From positions 19,207 through 83,206 of the forward strand of contig JAHQVM010000020.1 of the NCBI GenBank assembly GCA_019634365.1: a stretch of DNA of 64,000 bases, written 5' to 3'. This stretch comes from Flavobacteriaceae bacterium. GTDB taxonomy: Bacteria > Bacteroidota > Bacteroidia > Flavobacteriales > Flavobacteriaceae. The notes under the pieces are model-generated. The model was not told where the DNA came from, did no database searches, and was given only the letters and a program-made list of their open reading frames with translations. Positions within the stretch are counted from its first letter, which is position 1; every line of letters begins with the position of its first letter. Positions 9,146 to 19,460 of this stretch are shown here, piece after piece. Both the position numbers and the translations under genes were made by a program.

Positions 9146-11323
9146 TTAGTTTTTAATCTCGGCTACTTTACCACTTCTAATATTGTTCATTTTTAAATCC
9201 TGCAATACATTTACGGCTTCCTCTACATAGATATCACCTGCCAGATTCTTATGCCATCTTTTTCGCTTCTCCCGGAGGGTAGTATCCTGCTTCATTAGGG
9301 CCACCTCGCTAGGAAGGGATTTATAACTTAGCTTGTTGTCGTAATCATCGATAGCGTCGAATTTCTTGGTTTCTTCCTTTCTTCTATCTATGTCTGCCAA
9401 ATATTTATCGAAATTAAGATGCACCACATTTTCCTCCCGACTGTTTTTAATCCAAAGAGCATTCTCTTCGATCAATTGCAATTGCGCACTCTGAGCCATT
9501 CGCTCTGAACTGCGACGAATCGTTCCTTCATAATCAATGTAACCATCCCACTGCTCATAATCTGCAGGAGAAATTTTGTCATAGGGCAACGGATTGTCAT
9601 AATCGCGCTCTCCAATGTCTATATAACTGTATCGGTCTGGCATCACAACATCACTTTTAACACCCTCTAATTGGGTAGAACCTCCATTAACACGATAAAA
9701 CTTCTGGGTGGTCAACTTCAAGGCACCCATATCTCCCATATCGTTCTTGCGCAGCCACTGGTTAAGATCTATCATATTTTGTACCGTACCTTTTCCGTAA
9801 GATTGCTTACTCCCAATAATGATCCCTCTTTTGTAGTCTTGCATAGCTGCTGCCAAAATCTCGGATGCCGAAGCAGAGAGTTCATTTACTAGAATTACTA
9901 AGGGACCATCCCAAGTAACATCGTCATTTTTGTCTTCCAAAACTTCCTTGCGCTTCCCTCCAGAGGCCACCTGCACCACAGGACCTTCCTTGATAAACAA
10001 TCCGGCAATATCCACCGCCGTTTTCAAGGATCCTCCTCCATTTCCTCGAAGATCCAATACCAGACCTTCCATTCCTTCTTTCTTCAGGTTTTCAATCTCC
10101 TTCTTCACATCGCTTGCTGCATTGCGCTCACCATAATCCTTCATATCGAAATAGAAAGCGGGAAGATTTACCAAACCATATTTCTTTTCGTCTTTTTCGA
10201 TCATCGTAGACTTGGCATAGGTTTCTTCCAATTCAACCACATCACGTGTGATGGTTTCCTCATCAATACTTCCATCTACGCGCTTTACCGTTAGGGTAAC
10301 TTTGGTTCCCTTTTTTCCTTTGATAAGCTTTACGGCATCATCGACACGCATACCAACCAAACTTACAGCCTCTTCTTCATCCTCTTGTTGTACCTTCATT
10401 AAAAGGTCCCCTACTTCGAGGTGTTCTCCTCTCCAAACAGGACCTCCACTTATAACTTCCACTACTTTAATGTAGTCATTCTTCTTTTGTAAACGAGCGC
10501 CAATTCCTTCTAACTTTCCGCTCATGCGAAGATCGAAACGATCCCGATCCGGCGGAGCAAAATAATTGGTGTGCGGATCAAACTCCTCTACTACAACGTT
10601 CAAAAATTGGGCGAAGTAATCTTTACGCTCTAGGTCTTCAACGAATTCATAATACTCATCTAAAGAAGTCATCGCCGTGGTACGTGCTTTTTCTTCCATT
10701 TCAGTAGTGGAAAGATTGGCATTGTCGCTTTCAATAAATTCTTCTCCTTTTTCTTGAGCTTCCTTCTTGTTCTTTTCTGAATTCTTCTTTTCCTCTACCA
10801 AATCGTAGTAATTGGAAATGGCTGAAAATTTCAATTGTTTTCTCCAGCGCTCCTTCAATTCCTTTTTATTCTTGGCATATTCCAGTGCTTCATAATCCAC
10901 GTTGATGGTCTCATCCTTTGCATAGTCGAAGGGAGAACCCAAAATACTCTTGTAGTATTTTTGTGATTCAGTCAAACGTTCGATGTACCGATCGTACACC
11001 AAATTGAAAAAAGTCAACTCCTTATTGCGAATCTGATCATCGATCTCTGTCTCATAGATACTGAAATCCCTGAGGTCCGAGGCCAGAAAATATCTTTTCA
11101 ACGGATCCATGGTATTGATAAAGTCCTTGTACACCCCTGCGGAGAATACATTGTCCATTTCCTTGGGGTCGTAATGACCTTTATCCAAAACATAGGTAAT
11201 GAGGTCTATGAGTAATTTATCTTTATCGGGATCATTGAATTCTTTGGTAGTGAAACTGCAAGAAGCTGCAGCTACAAAAACAGCGAGTAGCAATACTCGG
11301 AGATTCTTTTTCATTAATCGCAT
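9146..11323 (-). CDS. prc: Carboxy-terminal processing (tail-specific) protease, S41
   Basis: DPHT, PDZ domain (GIGA), DLRGNGGG, SASASEI and GKGTVQ motifs. Confidence 0.93.
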   Translation of the reverse strand: MRLMKKNLRVLLLAVFVAAASCSFTTKEFNDPDKDKLLIDLITYVLDKGHYDPKEMDNVFSAGVYKDFINTMDPLKRYFLASDLRDFSIYETEIDDQIRNKELTFFNLVYDRYIERLTESQKYYKSILGSPFDYAKDETINVDYEALEYAKNKKELKERWRKQLKFSAISNYYDLVEEKKNSEKNKKEAQEKGEEFIESDNANLSTTEMEEKARTTAMTSLDEYYEFVEDLERKDYFAQFLNVVVEEFDPHTNYFAPPDRDRFDLRMSGKLEGIGARLQKKNDYIKVVEVISGGPVWRGEHLEVGDLLMKVQQEDEEEAVSLVGMRVDDAVKLIKGKKGTKVTLTVKRVDGSIDEETITRDVVELEETYAKSTMIEKDEKKYGLVNLPAFYFDMKDYGERNAASDVKKEIENLKKEGMEGLVLDLRGNGGGSLKTAVDIAGLFIKEGPVVQVASGGKRKEVLEDKNDDVTWDGPLVILVNELSASASEILAAAMQDYKRGIIIGSKQSYGKGTVQNMIDLNQWLRKNDMGDMGALKLTTQKFYRVNGGSTQLEGVKSDVVMPDRYSYIDIGERDYDNPLPYDKISPADYEQWDGYIDYEGTIRRSSERMAQSAQLQLIEENALWIKNSREENVVHLNFDKYLADIDRRKEETKKFDAIDDYDNKLSYKSLPSEVALMKQDTTLREKRKRWHKNLAGDIYVEEAVNVLQDLKMNNIRSGKVAEIKN

Positions 11324-11485
11324 ATCGTCATTTTTTATGAACTTCTAAAATATATAAAAAACCGTGCCAAATGGGCATAATGATACTAATTTTTTGTTAA
11401 ACAGCTCAACGCCAAAATCAAGCTAAAATAGGCCTAAAATCATAATGAAATAACTGTATTTTTGTTACAACTAAATTTCGGTCCT

Positions 11486-12265
11486 ATGTCTAACGAGAAA
11501 CCCCTCATACTTATTACCAACGACGATGGAATTACGGCTCCGGGCATTCGTGCTCTTATCGATGTAATGAAAGAGCTGGGAGATATTTGTGTGGTCGCCC
11601 CAGACTCGCCTCAAAGCGGTATGGGACACGCCATAACGGTAAACGACACCCTTTATGTTGATGAGGTGATCATGGAAAAGGGCGGTCCCCAGAAAGAATA
11701 CAGTTGTAGTGGCACTCCGGCAGATTGTGTGAAATTGGCCGTGAACGAAATACTGAAGCGCAAACCCGATCTTTGTGTAAGTGGGATCAACCATGGAAGT
11801 AATTCCTCCATAAACGTTATTTACAGTGGCACCATGAGCGCCGCAGTAGAAGCAGGTACACAAGGTATCCCTTCCATTGGATTTTCATTACTGGACTACT
11901 CCCTTACCGCAGACTTTGAACCGGTAAAGGAATACGTAAAAATATTGGCACAACAGGCCCTTATTCACGGCATGCCGGAAGGTGTGGTCCTTAATGTAAA
12001 TTTCCCTAAATTGAAAAAGGAGGAAATTAAAGGAATGAAGGTGTGTCGTCAAGCGAACGCCCATTGGGTGGAAAAATTCGACAAGCGAACCAATCCGTTG
12101 GGAAGGGAATACTATTGGTTGGCTGGGGAATTTGTGAATGAAGACAAGGGTGAAGATACCGATGAATGGGCCCTGAGACAAGGCTATGTATCTGTGGTGC
12201 CGGTACAGTTCGATCTTACAGCGCACCATGCGATTAAAGACATTAACAATTGGGATATTCAATGA
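11486..12265 (+). CDS. surE: 5'/3'-nucleotidase SurE
   Basis: ITNDDG, GTPADCV, SGINHG and YSGT motifs; start at MSNEK. Confidence 0.95.
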   Translation: MSNEKPLILITNDDGITAPGIRALIDVMKELGDICVVAPDSPQSGMGHAITVNDTLYVDEVIMEKGGPQKEYSCSGTPADCVKLAVNEILKRKPDLCVSGINHGSNSSINVIYSGTMSAAVEAGTQGIPSIGFSLLDYSLTADFEPVKEYVKILAQQALIHGMPEGVVLNVNFPKLKKEEIKGMKVCRQANAHWVEKFDKRTNPLGREYYWLAGEFVNEDKGEDTDEWALRQGYVSVVPVQFDLTAHHAIKDINNWDIQ

Positions 12266-12549
12266 AAAAGGAAATCGGAATTGGATTTTTAGTAGGGATT
12301 ATCTGTACGACCATTGGGGTCATGATTTGCACCTATATCATTGCCCAAGTGAAAGATCTTGGCTTCGAACAAACATTCAAGCTTTACAGTGAATCTGGGA
12401 ACCTTTGGATGTTGTTGTCGCTCGGGGCATTGCCCAATTTGGCCGCCTTTTTTGGGTTTTTGAGAATGAATAGGGATTATAGGGCAAGAGGTGTTTTGTT
12501 GGCCACATTTTTGGCCGCGATCACGGCTTACCTGATCTATTTCGTATAA
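12262..12549 (+). CDS. Small 3-TM membrane protein of unknown function
   Basis: ATGA overlap with the surE stop; hydrophobic helices; ends 1 nt before lpxB. Confidence 0.8.
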   Translation: MKKEIGIGFLVGIICTTIGVMICTYIIAQVKDLGFEQTFKLYSESGNLWMLLSLGALPNLAAFFGFLRMNRDYRARGVLLATFLAAITAYLIYFV

Positions 12550-12550
12550 T

Positions 12551-13681
12551 ATGAAGTACTATATCATCGCTGGGGAAGCTTCGGGGGATTTGCATGGATC
12601 AAATCTCATCGCAGCGCTTAAGAAAAAAGATACCCAAGCCGACTTTCGGTTTTGGGGCGGTGATTTGATGGCTCAAGAAGCAGGGACACCTGTAAAGCAT
12701 TATAAGGAACTTGCCTTCATGGGATTTGTGGAAGTCGCAAAGAATCTCAGGACAATTTTACGCAATATTTCCTTTTGCAAAAAGGATATTGAAGCCTACC
12801 AACCCGATGCGATTATCTTTATTGATTATCCCGGATTTAACCTTCGCATCGCCAAATGGGCCAAAAAGAAAGGGATCAAAACCCTTTATTATATTTCACC
12901 CCAAATATGGGCCTGGAAGGAAGGGCGCATTAAAGCCATAAAAAGGGATGTGGATGAAATGTATGTGATCCTTCCTTTTGAAAAGGATTTTTATGAAAAA
13001 AAGCATCAATATCCTGTGCATTTTGTGGGGCATCCGCTAATTGATGCCATTTCAAAGAGGGAACAGGTAAATCCTGAAGAGTTTCGGAAAGAGCATAAGT
13101 TGGACGATCGACCCATAGTAGCATTGCTGCCAGGTAGTAGGAAACAGGAAATCTCAAAAATGCTTAAGGTCATGCTTTCGGTTTCACCGGATTTTCCGGA
13201 GTACCAATTTGTTATCGCCGGAGCTCCGAGTCAGGAGAAATCCTTCTACAAACAGTTTACCGAAGATTCCAATGCAACCTTCATTCAGAATAAAACCTAT
13301 GATTTATTAAGCCTGTCTACTGCTGCTTTGGTTACCTCTGGGACTGCAACTTTGGAAACGGGACTGTATAAGGTTCCGCAGGTAGTTTGCTATAAAGGAA
13401 ACCGTATTTCCTATGAAATCGCCAAGCGAATTATTAAGTTGAAGTACATTTCGCTGGTCAACCTCATCTTGGACAAACCCGCTGTGAAAGAATTGATTCA
13501 GCATGAATTCAATACCAAACAATTGAAAGAAGAGCTAACAAAAATTCTAGATGAATACCATAGAGCTGTGCTCTTTTTGGACTATTATGATCTGGAAAAC
13601 AACCTTGGCGGAAAAGGGGCCAGTGAAAAGACGGCTGAATTGATTTTACGAACAACCCATGCATCCACAGTAGTAATCTAA
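12551..13681 (+). CDS. lpxB: Lipid-A-disaccharide synthase
   Basis: AGEASGDLHG, IDYPGFN, PQIWAW, FVGHPL, LLPGSR and SGTATLE motifs. Confidence 0.96.
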   Translation: MKYYIIAGEASGDLHGSNLIAALKKKDTQADFRFWGGDLMAQEAGTPVKHYKELAFMGFVEVAKNLRTILRNISFCKKDIEAYQPDAIIFIDYPGFNLRIAKWAKKKGIKTLYYISPQIWAWKEGRIKAIKRDVDEMYVILPFEKDFYEKKHQYPVHFVGHPLIDAISKREQVNPEEFRKEHKLDDRPIVALLPGSRKQEISKMLKVMLSVSPDFPEYQFVIAGAPSQEKSFYKQFTEDSNATFIQNKTYDLLSLSTAALVTSGTATLETGLYKVPQVVCYKGNRISYEIAKRIIKLKYISLVNLILDKPAVKELIQHEFNTKQLKEELTKILDEYHRAVLFLDYYDLENNLGGKGASEKTAELILRTTHASTVVI

Positions 13682-14021
13682 TGGATCTCGAACAAAGGGT
13701 TCAATAGTTTCCCAGAGGGGCATAAAAATAAATATAACCGATAAGCCAAATAAGACAAAGCGGGTGAAAAATGTTATTTTCTTATTGGCTGTACTTATTA
13801 CTCCACTTTCCCTTTCTGAAATTAAAAATGGAGACACTATTCTATTCTCACCCTTGAAGTTCAATGGGTCTGAGTTGGTAAGCAACTTTATAGATTTAAA
13901 TGCCCTGAATACAAGAAAAAAAAAAGATTGCTATAAGGGCAAAGAGAAGAAAATAAATTACCTCCACAACTATAGGATCTTCCAAAAAAGGAATGGGTTC
14001 ATATCTCTCTTGCAATAGCAT
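13646..14021 (-). pseudogene. Small 2-TM membrane protein gene frameshifted at a T10 homopolymer (A10 at 13916-13925)
   Basis: ATG at 14021 reads MLLQERYEPIPFLEDPIVVEVIYFLLFALIAIFFF and then stops. With T9 it continues LVFRAFKSIKL into the track ORF 13646..13885, giving 124 aa. TAGATTTG -7 box at 14039-14046 and an A-rich leader. Confidence 0.6.
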
Positions 14022-14079
14022 TCTTTTATTATTTACTTCAAATCTATTAAATTTAGCAAACCAAATCTATTTTTCATTG

Positions 14080-14577
14080 ATGAAAAAATTACTGCTTCTC
14101 TGCTTACTATCTTTATTACTTGCCTCTTGTGGCTCTTCGCGAAGAACAACCGACACCACCGTAATAGGAAAAGGAACTACCACAGCCTCGACCAAACGGA
14201 TTTCGAAAGTGGTAAAGCACGCACGCACTTTCGAAGGAACACGCTACAAGTTTGGGGGTACAGACAAACGCGGAATGGATTGTTCCGGATTGGTCTACAC
14301 TTCATACAAAAGCGAGAATATCGAACTGCCCAGGGTATCCAGGGATATGGCAACCAAAGGCATTCGTATTAAATTAAAGGAAGTGCAAAAAGGAGATCTC
14401 GTCTTCTTCAAAACCAACAAAAACCGCAATGTGATTAATCATGTAGGTTTGGTGGTCGAAAGTAAAAAAGGAGATATAATGTTTATTCATTCCACATCTT
14501 CAAAAGGAGTCATTGTATCCTCACTGGGCGAAAAATATTGGAAAAACTCCTTTGTGGAGGTACGCAGGGTCATTTAG
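14080..14577 (+). CDS. NlpC/P60 (C40) peptidoglycan endopeptidase lipoprotein
   Basis: LASC lipobox; YKFGG, DCSG, GDLVFF, HVG and FIHS motifs. Confidence 0.92.
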   Translation: MKKLLLLCLLSLLLASCGSSRRTTDTTVIGKGTTTASTKRISKVVKHARTFEGTRYKFGGTDKRGMDCSGLVYTSYKSENIELPRVSRDMATKGIRIKLKEVQKGDLVFFKTNKNRNVINHVGLVVESKKGDIMFIHSTSSKGVIVSSLGEKYWKNSFVEVRRVI

Positions 14578-14633
14578 TTTTACTACCTTTAAAATACTCC
14601 CCTCTAATGTAATTACACCTCGGGTGCTTACGT

Positions 14634-16655
14634 ATGAGGTTTATTAATTTTCTAGTCCTAAAGTTAGCGGCTTGTCTAACCTTAGGAACCCTATTGGGAT
14701 TTTACTTCCCAACGACACCTTCCATTGGTTTATCAATGCTCATAGTGCTTCTAATCCTATTGTTATTGGCATGGATTATAGAAGGCAAAAAACTCAGGCT
14801 TGGCCCTTGGTTTGGCGTTTTCACCTTTCTCATTTTCATCGCTATTGGATATCTTAATCTACAACGCAATCAATCCCATTTTCAGCAGAACCATTACGCT
14901 CATCATATTGAATTCGATGAACCCTATCCAATTCAAATTAAAATAACGGCCATCTTAAAAGCAGATAATTACCATCACAAATACTTTGGGGAGATATTTA
15001 GGCTTCGGGATAAGGTGGTTGAAGGTAATCTCCTGGTTTCCATTCGCAATGATGCCGAATACCCCCTTTTGGAGGTCGATGACAAATTGCTCATAAAATC
15101 AAATATTCAATCGATCCGAGGGCCTCTAAATCCCGATCAATTCAGTTACAAAGATTACTTACATAAGCAGGGAGTCTATCATCAACTCACCCTATCGAAA
15201 GGTGACATTTGGAAGGTAGGTAAAGGCGAGCCTACCTTAAAAGGTATTTCCGAACGCATAAGAACCAAGGTTTCCGAGAGCATACAGCATATCGAAATTC
15301 ACCCGGATGCCGCCTCCATTACCAGGGCTTTGGTTTTAGGGGAACGAAGGGCCATAGGAAAGGAATTGTATGGGAACTATGCCGCTGCAGGCGCCATACA
15401 CATGCTGGCGGTTTCGGGACTGCATGTGGGCATATTGTATTTACTTTTTTCGTGGTTACTAAAGCCTTTGGAATTTATTCGTTTGGGCAAACCCATTAAA
15501 GTGGCACTCATTATACTCTTGCTTTGGGGATTCGCTTTCATAGCTGGATTATCACCGTCGGTAGTGCGTGCAGTTACCATGTTTTCCTGCTTCGCCTTCG
15601 CTGGGTTGATGAGCCGGACCTCCAATGGATTCAATACACTAGCCTTATCCTTTTTCATTTTAATCCTCATAAAACCCAATTGGTTATTCCACGTAGGGTT
15701 TCAATTAAGTTACTTAGCGGTATTCTTCATCCTTTGGTTGCAGCCTAAACTTTTTTCTTTATACCGCCCAAGATTCGTTGTCGATAGGCACCTCTGGGGG
15801 CTCATCACGGTAACGCTTTCCGCACAAATTGGAGTAGCGCCTTTAAGCCTGTATTATTTTCATCAATTTCCCGGGCTTTTTCTGCTTACCAATCTTATTG
15901 TGCTCCCATTTTTAGGATTCCTACTTGCTTTCGGAATACTCATCGCCGTTTGGTCGATGCTTGGGAAGATCCCCCATACCCTATTGGAACTGTATGACTT
16001 GACCATTGGATTACTGAATGATTTTGTAGCATGGGTGGCAGCGCAGGAATTTTTCCTGTTCCAAAATGTACCGCTTTCTTTTTTCAAAATGCTAATTATT
16101 TATCTTCTCACCTTTTCCATATTCTTACTTTGGAAAACCAAAAGAAAAGCATCGCTTTTCGGGCTACTAACATCCCTTATATTACTATTGGGAGTTATAC
16201 TATGGGAACGATTAGGACATTCCTCGGACCAATTCGTTGTATTTCAGAAATCACGTACGTCGCTAATGACGTACAAAAGCGGCACACATCTTACTGTATT
16301 CTCCCATGACACCCTAAACGATGTTTCCCAATATCCATTGAAAGGATACAGCATTGGGCAATCCATTCATACCTATACCCGCAAACCGCTCCCCAATGTG
16401 TTCGAGTTTCATGGAAAAAGAGTCCTTCGGCTCGATAGTCTAGGGCTTTATTCCAGCTCAAAGTTCGATATTGTGTTATTATCGGAAAGTCCCAAGGTAC
16501 ACTTGGAACGTCTTATAGACAGCGTACAACCCAACCTTATCATAGCCGATGGCAGCAATTACCGCAGTTATGTAGAACGATGGAAAAAGACCTGTATAAA
16601 AAGAGAACTCCCATTTCATTACACTGCTGAAATGGGAGCCTATATTTTTGATTAA
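14634..16655 (+). CDS. comEC: ComEC/Rec2 competence-family membrane protein
   Basis: AGAIHMLAVSGLHVG, PSVVRA and GFQLSY motifs; N-terminal OB-type region (NPDQFSY). Confidence 0.9.
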   Translation: MRFINFLVLKLAACLTLGTLLGFYFPTTPSIGLSMLIVLLILLLLAWIIEGKKLRLGPWFGVFTFLIFIAIGYLNLQRNQSHFQQNHYAHHIEFDEPYPIQIKITAILKADNYHHKYFGEIFRLRDKVVEGNLLVSIRNDAEYPLLEVDDKLLIKSNIQSIRGPLNPDQFSYKDYLHKQGVYHQLTLSKGDIWKVGKGEPTLKGISERIRTKVSESIQHIEIHPDAASITRALVLGERRAIGKELYGNYAAAGAIHMLAVSGLHVGILYLLFSWLLKPLEFIRLGKPIKVALIILLLWGFAFIAGLSPSVVRAVTMFSCFAFAGLMSRTSNGFNTLALSFFILILIKPNWLFHVGFQLSYLAVFFILWLQPKLFSLYRPRFVVDRHLWGLITVTLSAQIGVAPLSLYYFHQFPGLFLLTNLIVLPFLGFLLAFGILIAVWSMLGKIPHTLLELYDLTIGLLNDFVAWVAAQEFFLFQNVPLSFFKMLIIYLLTFSIFLLWKTKRKASLFGLLTSLILLLGVILWERLGHSSDQFVVFQKSRTSLMTYKSGTHLTVFSHDTLNDVSQYPLKGYSIGQSIHTYTRKPLPNVFEFHGKRVLRLDSLGLYSSSKFDIVLLSESPKVHLERLIDSVQPNLIIADGSNYRSYVERWKKTCIKRELPFHYTAEMGAYIFD

Positions 16656-16664
16656 TATTTTGGT

Positions 16665-17201
16665 CTATTCGAAGGTATGGTTAAAATTGTCCCGGTAATT
16701 TTCCCAAGCTTCTACCGTAGTTAGAGCCTTATAATCCCCATTAGCAATCATTTTTAAATAGATTTCCAATTGCTGTGGGGTTTTAAATCCCGGTACTGCC
16801 TGAATTAGGGTTCCATCCTTCTCAAAAAACACGAGACTCGGATATCCCTGAAGTTTTAGCGCATCGGCAAAGAAATGCGTAGCATTTCGACCCTTGCGTT
16901 CGGGTTGATAATTCGGGTTTGTATAGGTGAAATCCTGATAGGTAATTTCTTCGGTTCCTTCGGCATTGAATTTCACAGGATAATAATTCTCATTTACAAA
17001 TGCGATGACATTTTTATCGGCAAACGTTCGCCTATCCAAAAGCTTACAAGGGCCGCACCAGGTAGTATACACATCCATAAAGATGTGTTTGGGCTCTTCC
17101 TTTTGGGCTTCAAGGGCTTCGTTCATGGTCATCCATTTTATTTCCTGTGCACTGAGGACTCCAGTAAATAATATGGCAAAGACAAGGGCAATTATTTTCA
17201 T
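16665..17201 (-). CDS. Exported thioredoxin-fold protein (WCGPC), paralog B
   Basis: Signal peptide; DVYTTWCGPCK, VKFNAE and YP cis-Pro loop. Confidence 0.88.
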   Translation of the reverse strand: MKIIALVFAILFTGVLSAQEIKWMTMNEALEAQKEEPKHIFMDVYTTWCGPCKLLDRRTFADKNVIAFVNENYYPVKFNAEGTEEITYQDFTYTNPNYQPERKGRNATHFFADALKLQGYPSLVFFEKDGTLIQAVPGFKTPQQLEIYLKMIANGDYKALTTVEAWENYRDNFNHTFE

Positions 17202-17213
17202 AGCAATGTAGGG

Positions 17214-17759
17214 TTATACCTTAAATTCAGGCTTAAAGTTTTTAAAATATTCGTCGAATTGTTCTTGGGTGGTTATTTCCTTCCAAAGGTCGGTTCCGAA
17301 CAATTTTAGATACAGTTCCATTTGTTGGGGCCGCTTATAGCTCTTCACTTTATTAATGAGATTTCCTTTTTCGTCCAAGAACAAAACCGTAGGATAGGCA
17401 CGCACACCCATATAACGGGCAAATTGATGCTGACTATTCCTTCTTCTTGCCTTGGCAGGATCATATCCCGGATTGGAATAGGCTCTGCTTTGATAGGTTA
17501 CAGATTCATTGCCTTCGGCATTGAACTTTACTGCATAGAAATTCTTATTGATATAATTTACCACATCTTGATTGCTGAAGGTATCACGATCCAGCATTTT
17601 ACAGGGACCACACCAATTGGTGTACATATCGACAAAAATCTTCTTCGGGTTTTTGGCTTGTGCAGCAAGGGCATCATCCATCGACATCCAGTTTATTTTG
17701 CTTTGGGCACTGACAGCAGTAGCCAACAAAACGGACAGTAGGAGTAGTGATCTTTTCAT
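17214..17759 (-). CDS. Exported thioredoxin-fold protein (WCGPC), paralog A
   Basis: Signal peptide; DMYTNWCGPCK, VKFNAE and YPT. Confidence 0.88.
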   Translation of the reverse strand: MKRSLLLLSVLLATAVSAQSKINWMSMDDALAAQAKNPKKIFVDMYTNWCGPCKMLDRDTFSNQDVVNYINKNFYAVKFNAEGNESVTYQSRAYSNPGYDPAKARRRNSQHQFARYMGVRAYPTVLFLDEKGNLINKVKSYKRPQQMELYLKLFGTDLWKEITTQEQFDEYFKNFKPEFKV

Positions 17760-17788
17760 GGGAACTCAATATAATAGGTTGTAATATA

Positions 17789-17821
17789 GCAAAAAACGTT
17801 CCACAATGGGAACGTTTTTGC
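17789..17821 (-). terminator. Intrinsic terminator after the POT transporter
   Basis: Inverted repeat AAAAACGTTCC...GGAACGTTTTT. Confidence 0.75.
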
Positions 17822-17839
17822 AATGATTTAAGTATTTCG

Positions 17840-19429
17840 TTATCGTATTCCGTGCATCTTTTTGAGCAGGGTCTTATTCAGTAATAGCATAATAATTCCT
17901 GCCCCTACTGGAATTGCAGTAAATATCAAGAAGAAGGTAGACAACCCATAGCTTTCTGAAATGGTGTCGATATAACTTCCGGTTAAACCTCCCAATAAAT
18001 TAGCGACGAAATTCGAAATAAACCAGATTCCGAACATAAGTCCAACCAATTTTAACGGTGCCAATTTACTCACATAAGACAATCCTACCGGAGAAATACA
18101 TAGTTCTCCAAGAGTGTGGAATAAGTAAGCCAAAATTAGGAATATCATACTCACAGAAGCTGTTTTAGCCCCATCTGGGATCGCGGCAGCTCCAAAAGAA
18201 AGAACAGCGAAACCAATACCTAATAATACCAAACCGATGGCAAACTTAACCGGCCCGGAAGGATTCAGCTTACTTTCCCAAATCTTCGAAAAGACCGGAG
18301 CAAAAAGAATGATAAATAGGGAGTTTAAGACGGAGAACCACGAAGCAGGTACCTCTGTAGCGTCGGACTGGAACTCACGGTTTAACATCCAAATAACAAT
18401 CCCCCAAATGATTACAAAACTTAATCCGAGCCATACATTGGACATAGAATAGGCTCCAAAGGTTTGTTTAAATAGCATTATTAACACCCAGGTTATGACG
18501 AGCATCGGTACTATCGTAATTATACTATTCACGATTTTAAATGTAAGCGCAGAACTCCCTTCCAATGCTCTATCGGTATAATCCGCAGCAAAAATCGTCA
18601 TGGAACCACCGGCTTGTTCAAAAGCCCACCAGAAGAATATCGTAAATAGGGCGAAAACGGCAATTACAGTGATACGATCCCTTACTACTTTAGAGTTCTC
18701 TGCCTCTTCTTTAACATCTTCAATATTATCACCTATTTCCTCAATAGTGTCTTCAATGGTATCGTCTAAATCTTCCGTTTGTCCGGGCTTTAGGCCAATC
18801 TTACCAAAAATCTTTTGGGCAAAGTAGAATTGAAGCATTCCCAAGAACATAAAAATACCAGCTAGTCCGAATCCCCAATGCCAACCTACTTTTTCTCCAA
18901 TATATCCACACAAAAGAATTCCTAAGAACGCTCCTGCGTTAATACCCATATAAAAAATGGTATATCCGGCATCTTTTTCTTTCCCTTGGGTTTTATATAA
19001 TTGACCAACAATGGAGGAAATATTCGGTTTAAAGAGTCCATTTCCAATAATTAAGCAAAGTAAACCAAGGTAAAAGAATGCATCAGCAAATACCTCAAGC
19101 GCCATAGAAGCATGCCCCAGGGTCATTATAAAGGCACCTAAAACTATAGCTCGTCGGTATCCCATTAACTTATCGGCAATGAAACCACCAATAATTGGGG
19201 TCAAGTAAACCAATCCTGTGTACCATCCGTAAAGCACTAATGCATCTGCTCTTTCCCATCCCCAGCCTTCATCAAGAAGTGTTGCTGTCAAGAAGAGCAC
19301 CAATAGGGCTCGCATACCGTAGTACGAAAAGCGTTCCCACATTTCTGTAAAGAACAATACGAATAATCCCGAAGGATGTCCAAGTACGGTTCTTTGATTT
19401 ACTTCAGAACCTCCAAATTTAAATTCCAT
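17840..19429 (-). CDS. Proton-dependent oligopeptide (POT/PTR) MFS transporter
   Basis: EMWERFSYYGMRA, GLFKPN, FYMGINAG and ELCISPVGLS motifs. Confidence 0.94.
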   Translation of the reverse strand: MEFKFGGSEVNQRTVLGHPSGLFVLFFTEMWERFSYYGMRALLVLFLTATLLDEGWGWERADALVLYGWYTGLVYLTPIIGGFIADKLMGYRRAIVLGAFIMTLGHASMALEVFADAFFYLGLLCLIIGNGLFKPNISSIVGQLYKTQGKEKDAGYTIFYMGINAGAFLGILLCGYIGEKVGWHWGFGLAGIFMFLGMLQFYFAQKIFGKIGLKPGQTEDLDDTIEDTIEEIGDNIEDVKEEAENSKVVRDRITVIAVFALFTIFFWWAFEQAGGSMTIFAADYTDRALEGSSALTFKIVNSIITIVPMLVITWVLIMLFKQTFGAYSMSNVWLGLSFVIIWGIVIWMLNREFQSDATEVPASWFSVLNSLFIILFAPVFSKIWESKLNPSGPVKFAIGLVLLGIGFAVLSFGAAAIPDGAKTASVSMIFLILAYLFHTLGELCISPVGLSYVSKLAPLKLVGLMFGIWFISNFVANLLGGLTGSYIDTISESYGLSTFFLIFTAIPVGAGIIMLLLNKTLLKKMHGIR

Positions 19430-19460
19430 AAATATTGAGTATTAGTTAGTATTTGATTGG

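Noticed and set aside
13764-14018. 84-aa plus-strand ORF, and the 13993 N-terminal extension of NlpC/P60
   Set aside because: Better explained as the antisense of the frameshifted minus-strand gene; the NlpC signal peptide starts at 14080.
18700-18780. Acidic quasi-repeat (DDTIEDTIEEIGDNIED) in the POT transporter
   Set aside because: Low-complexity cytoplasmic loop with no evidence of a separate function.
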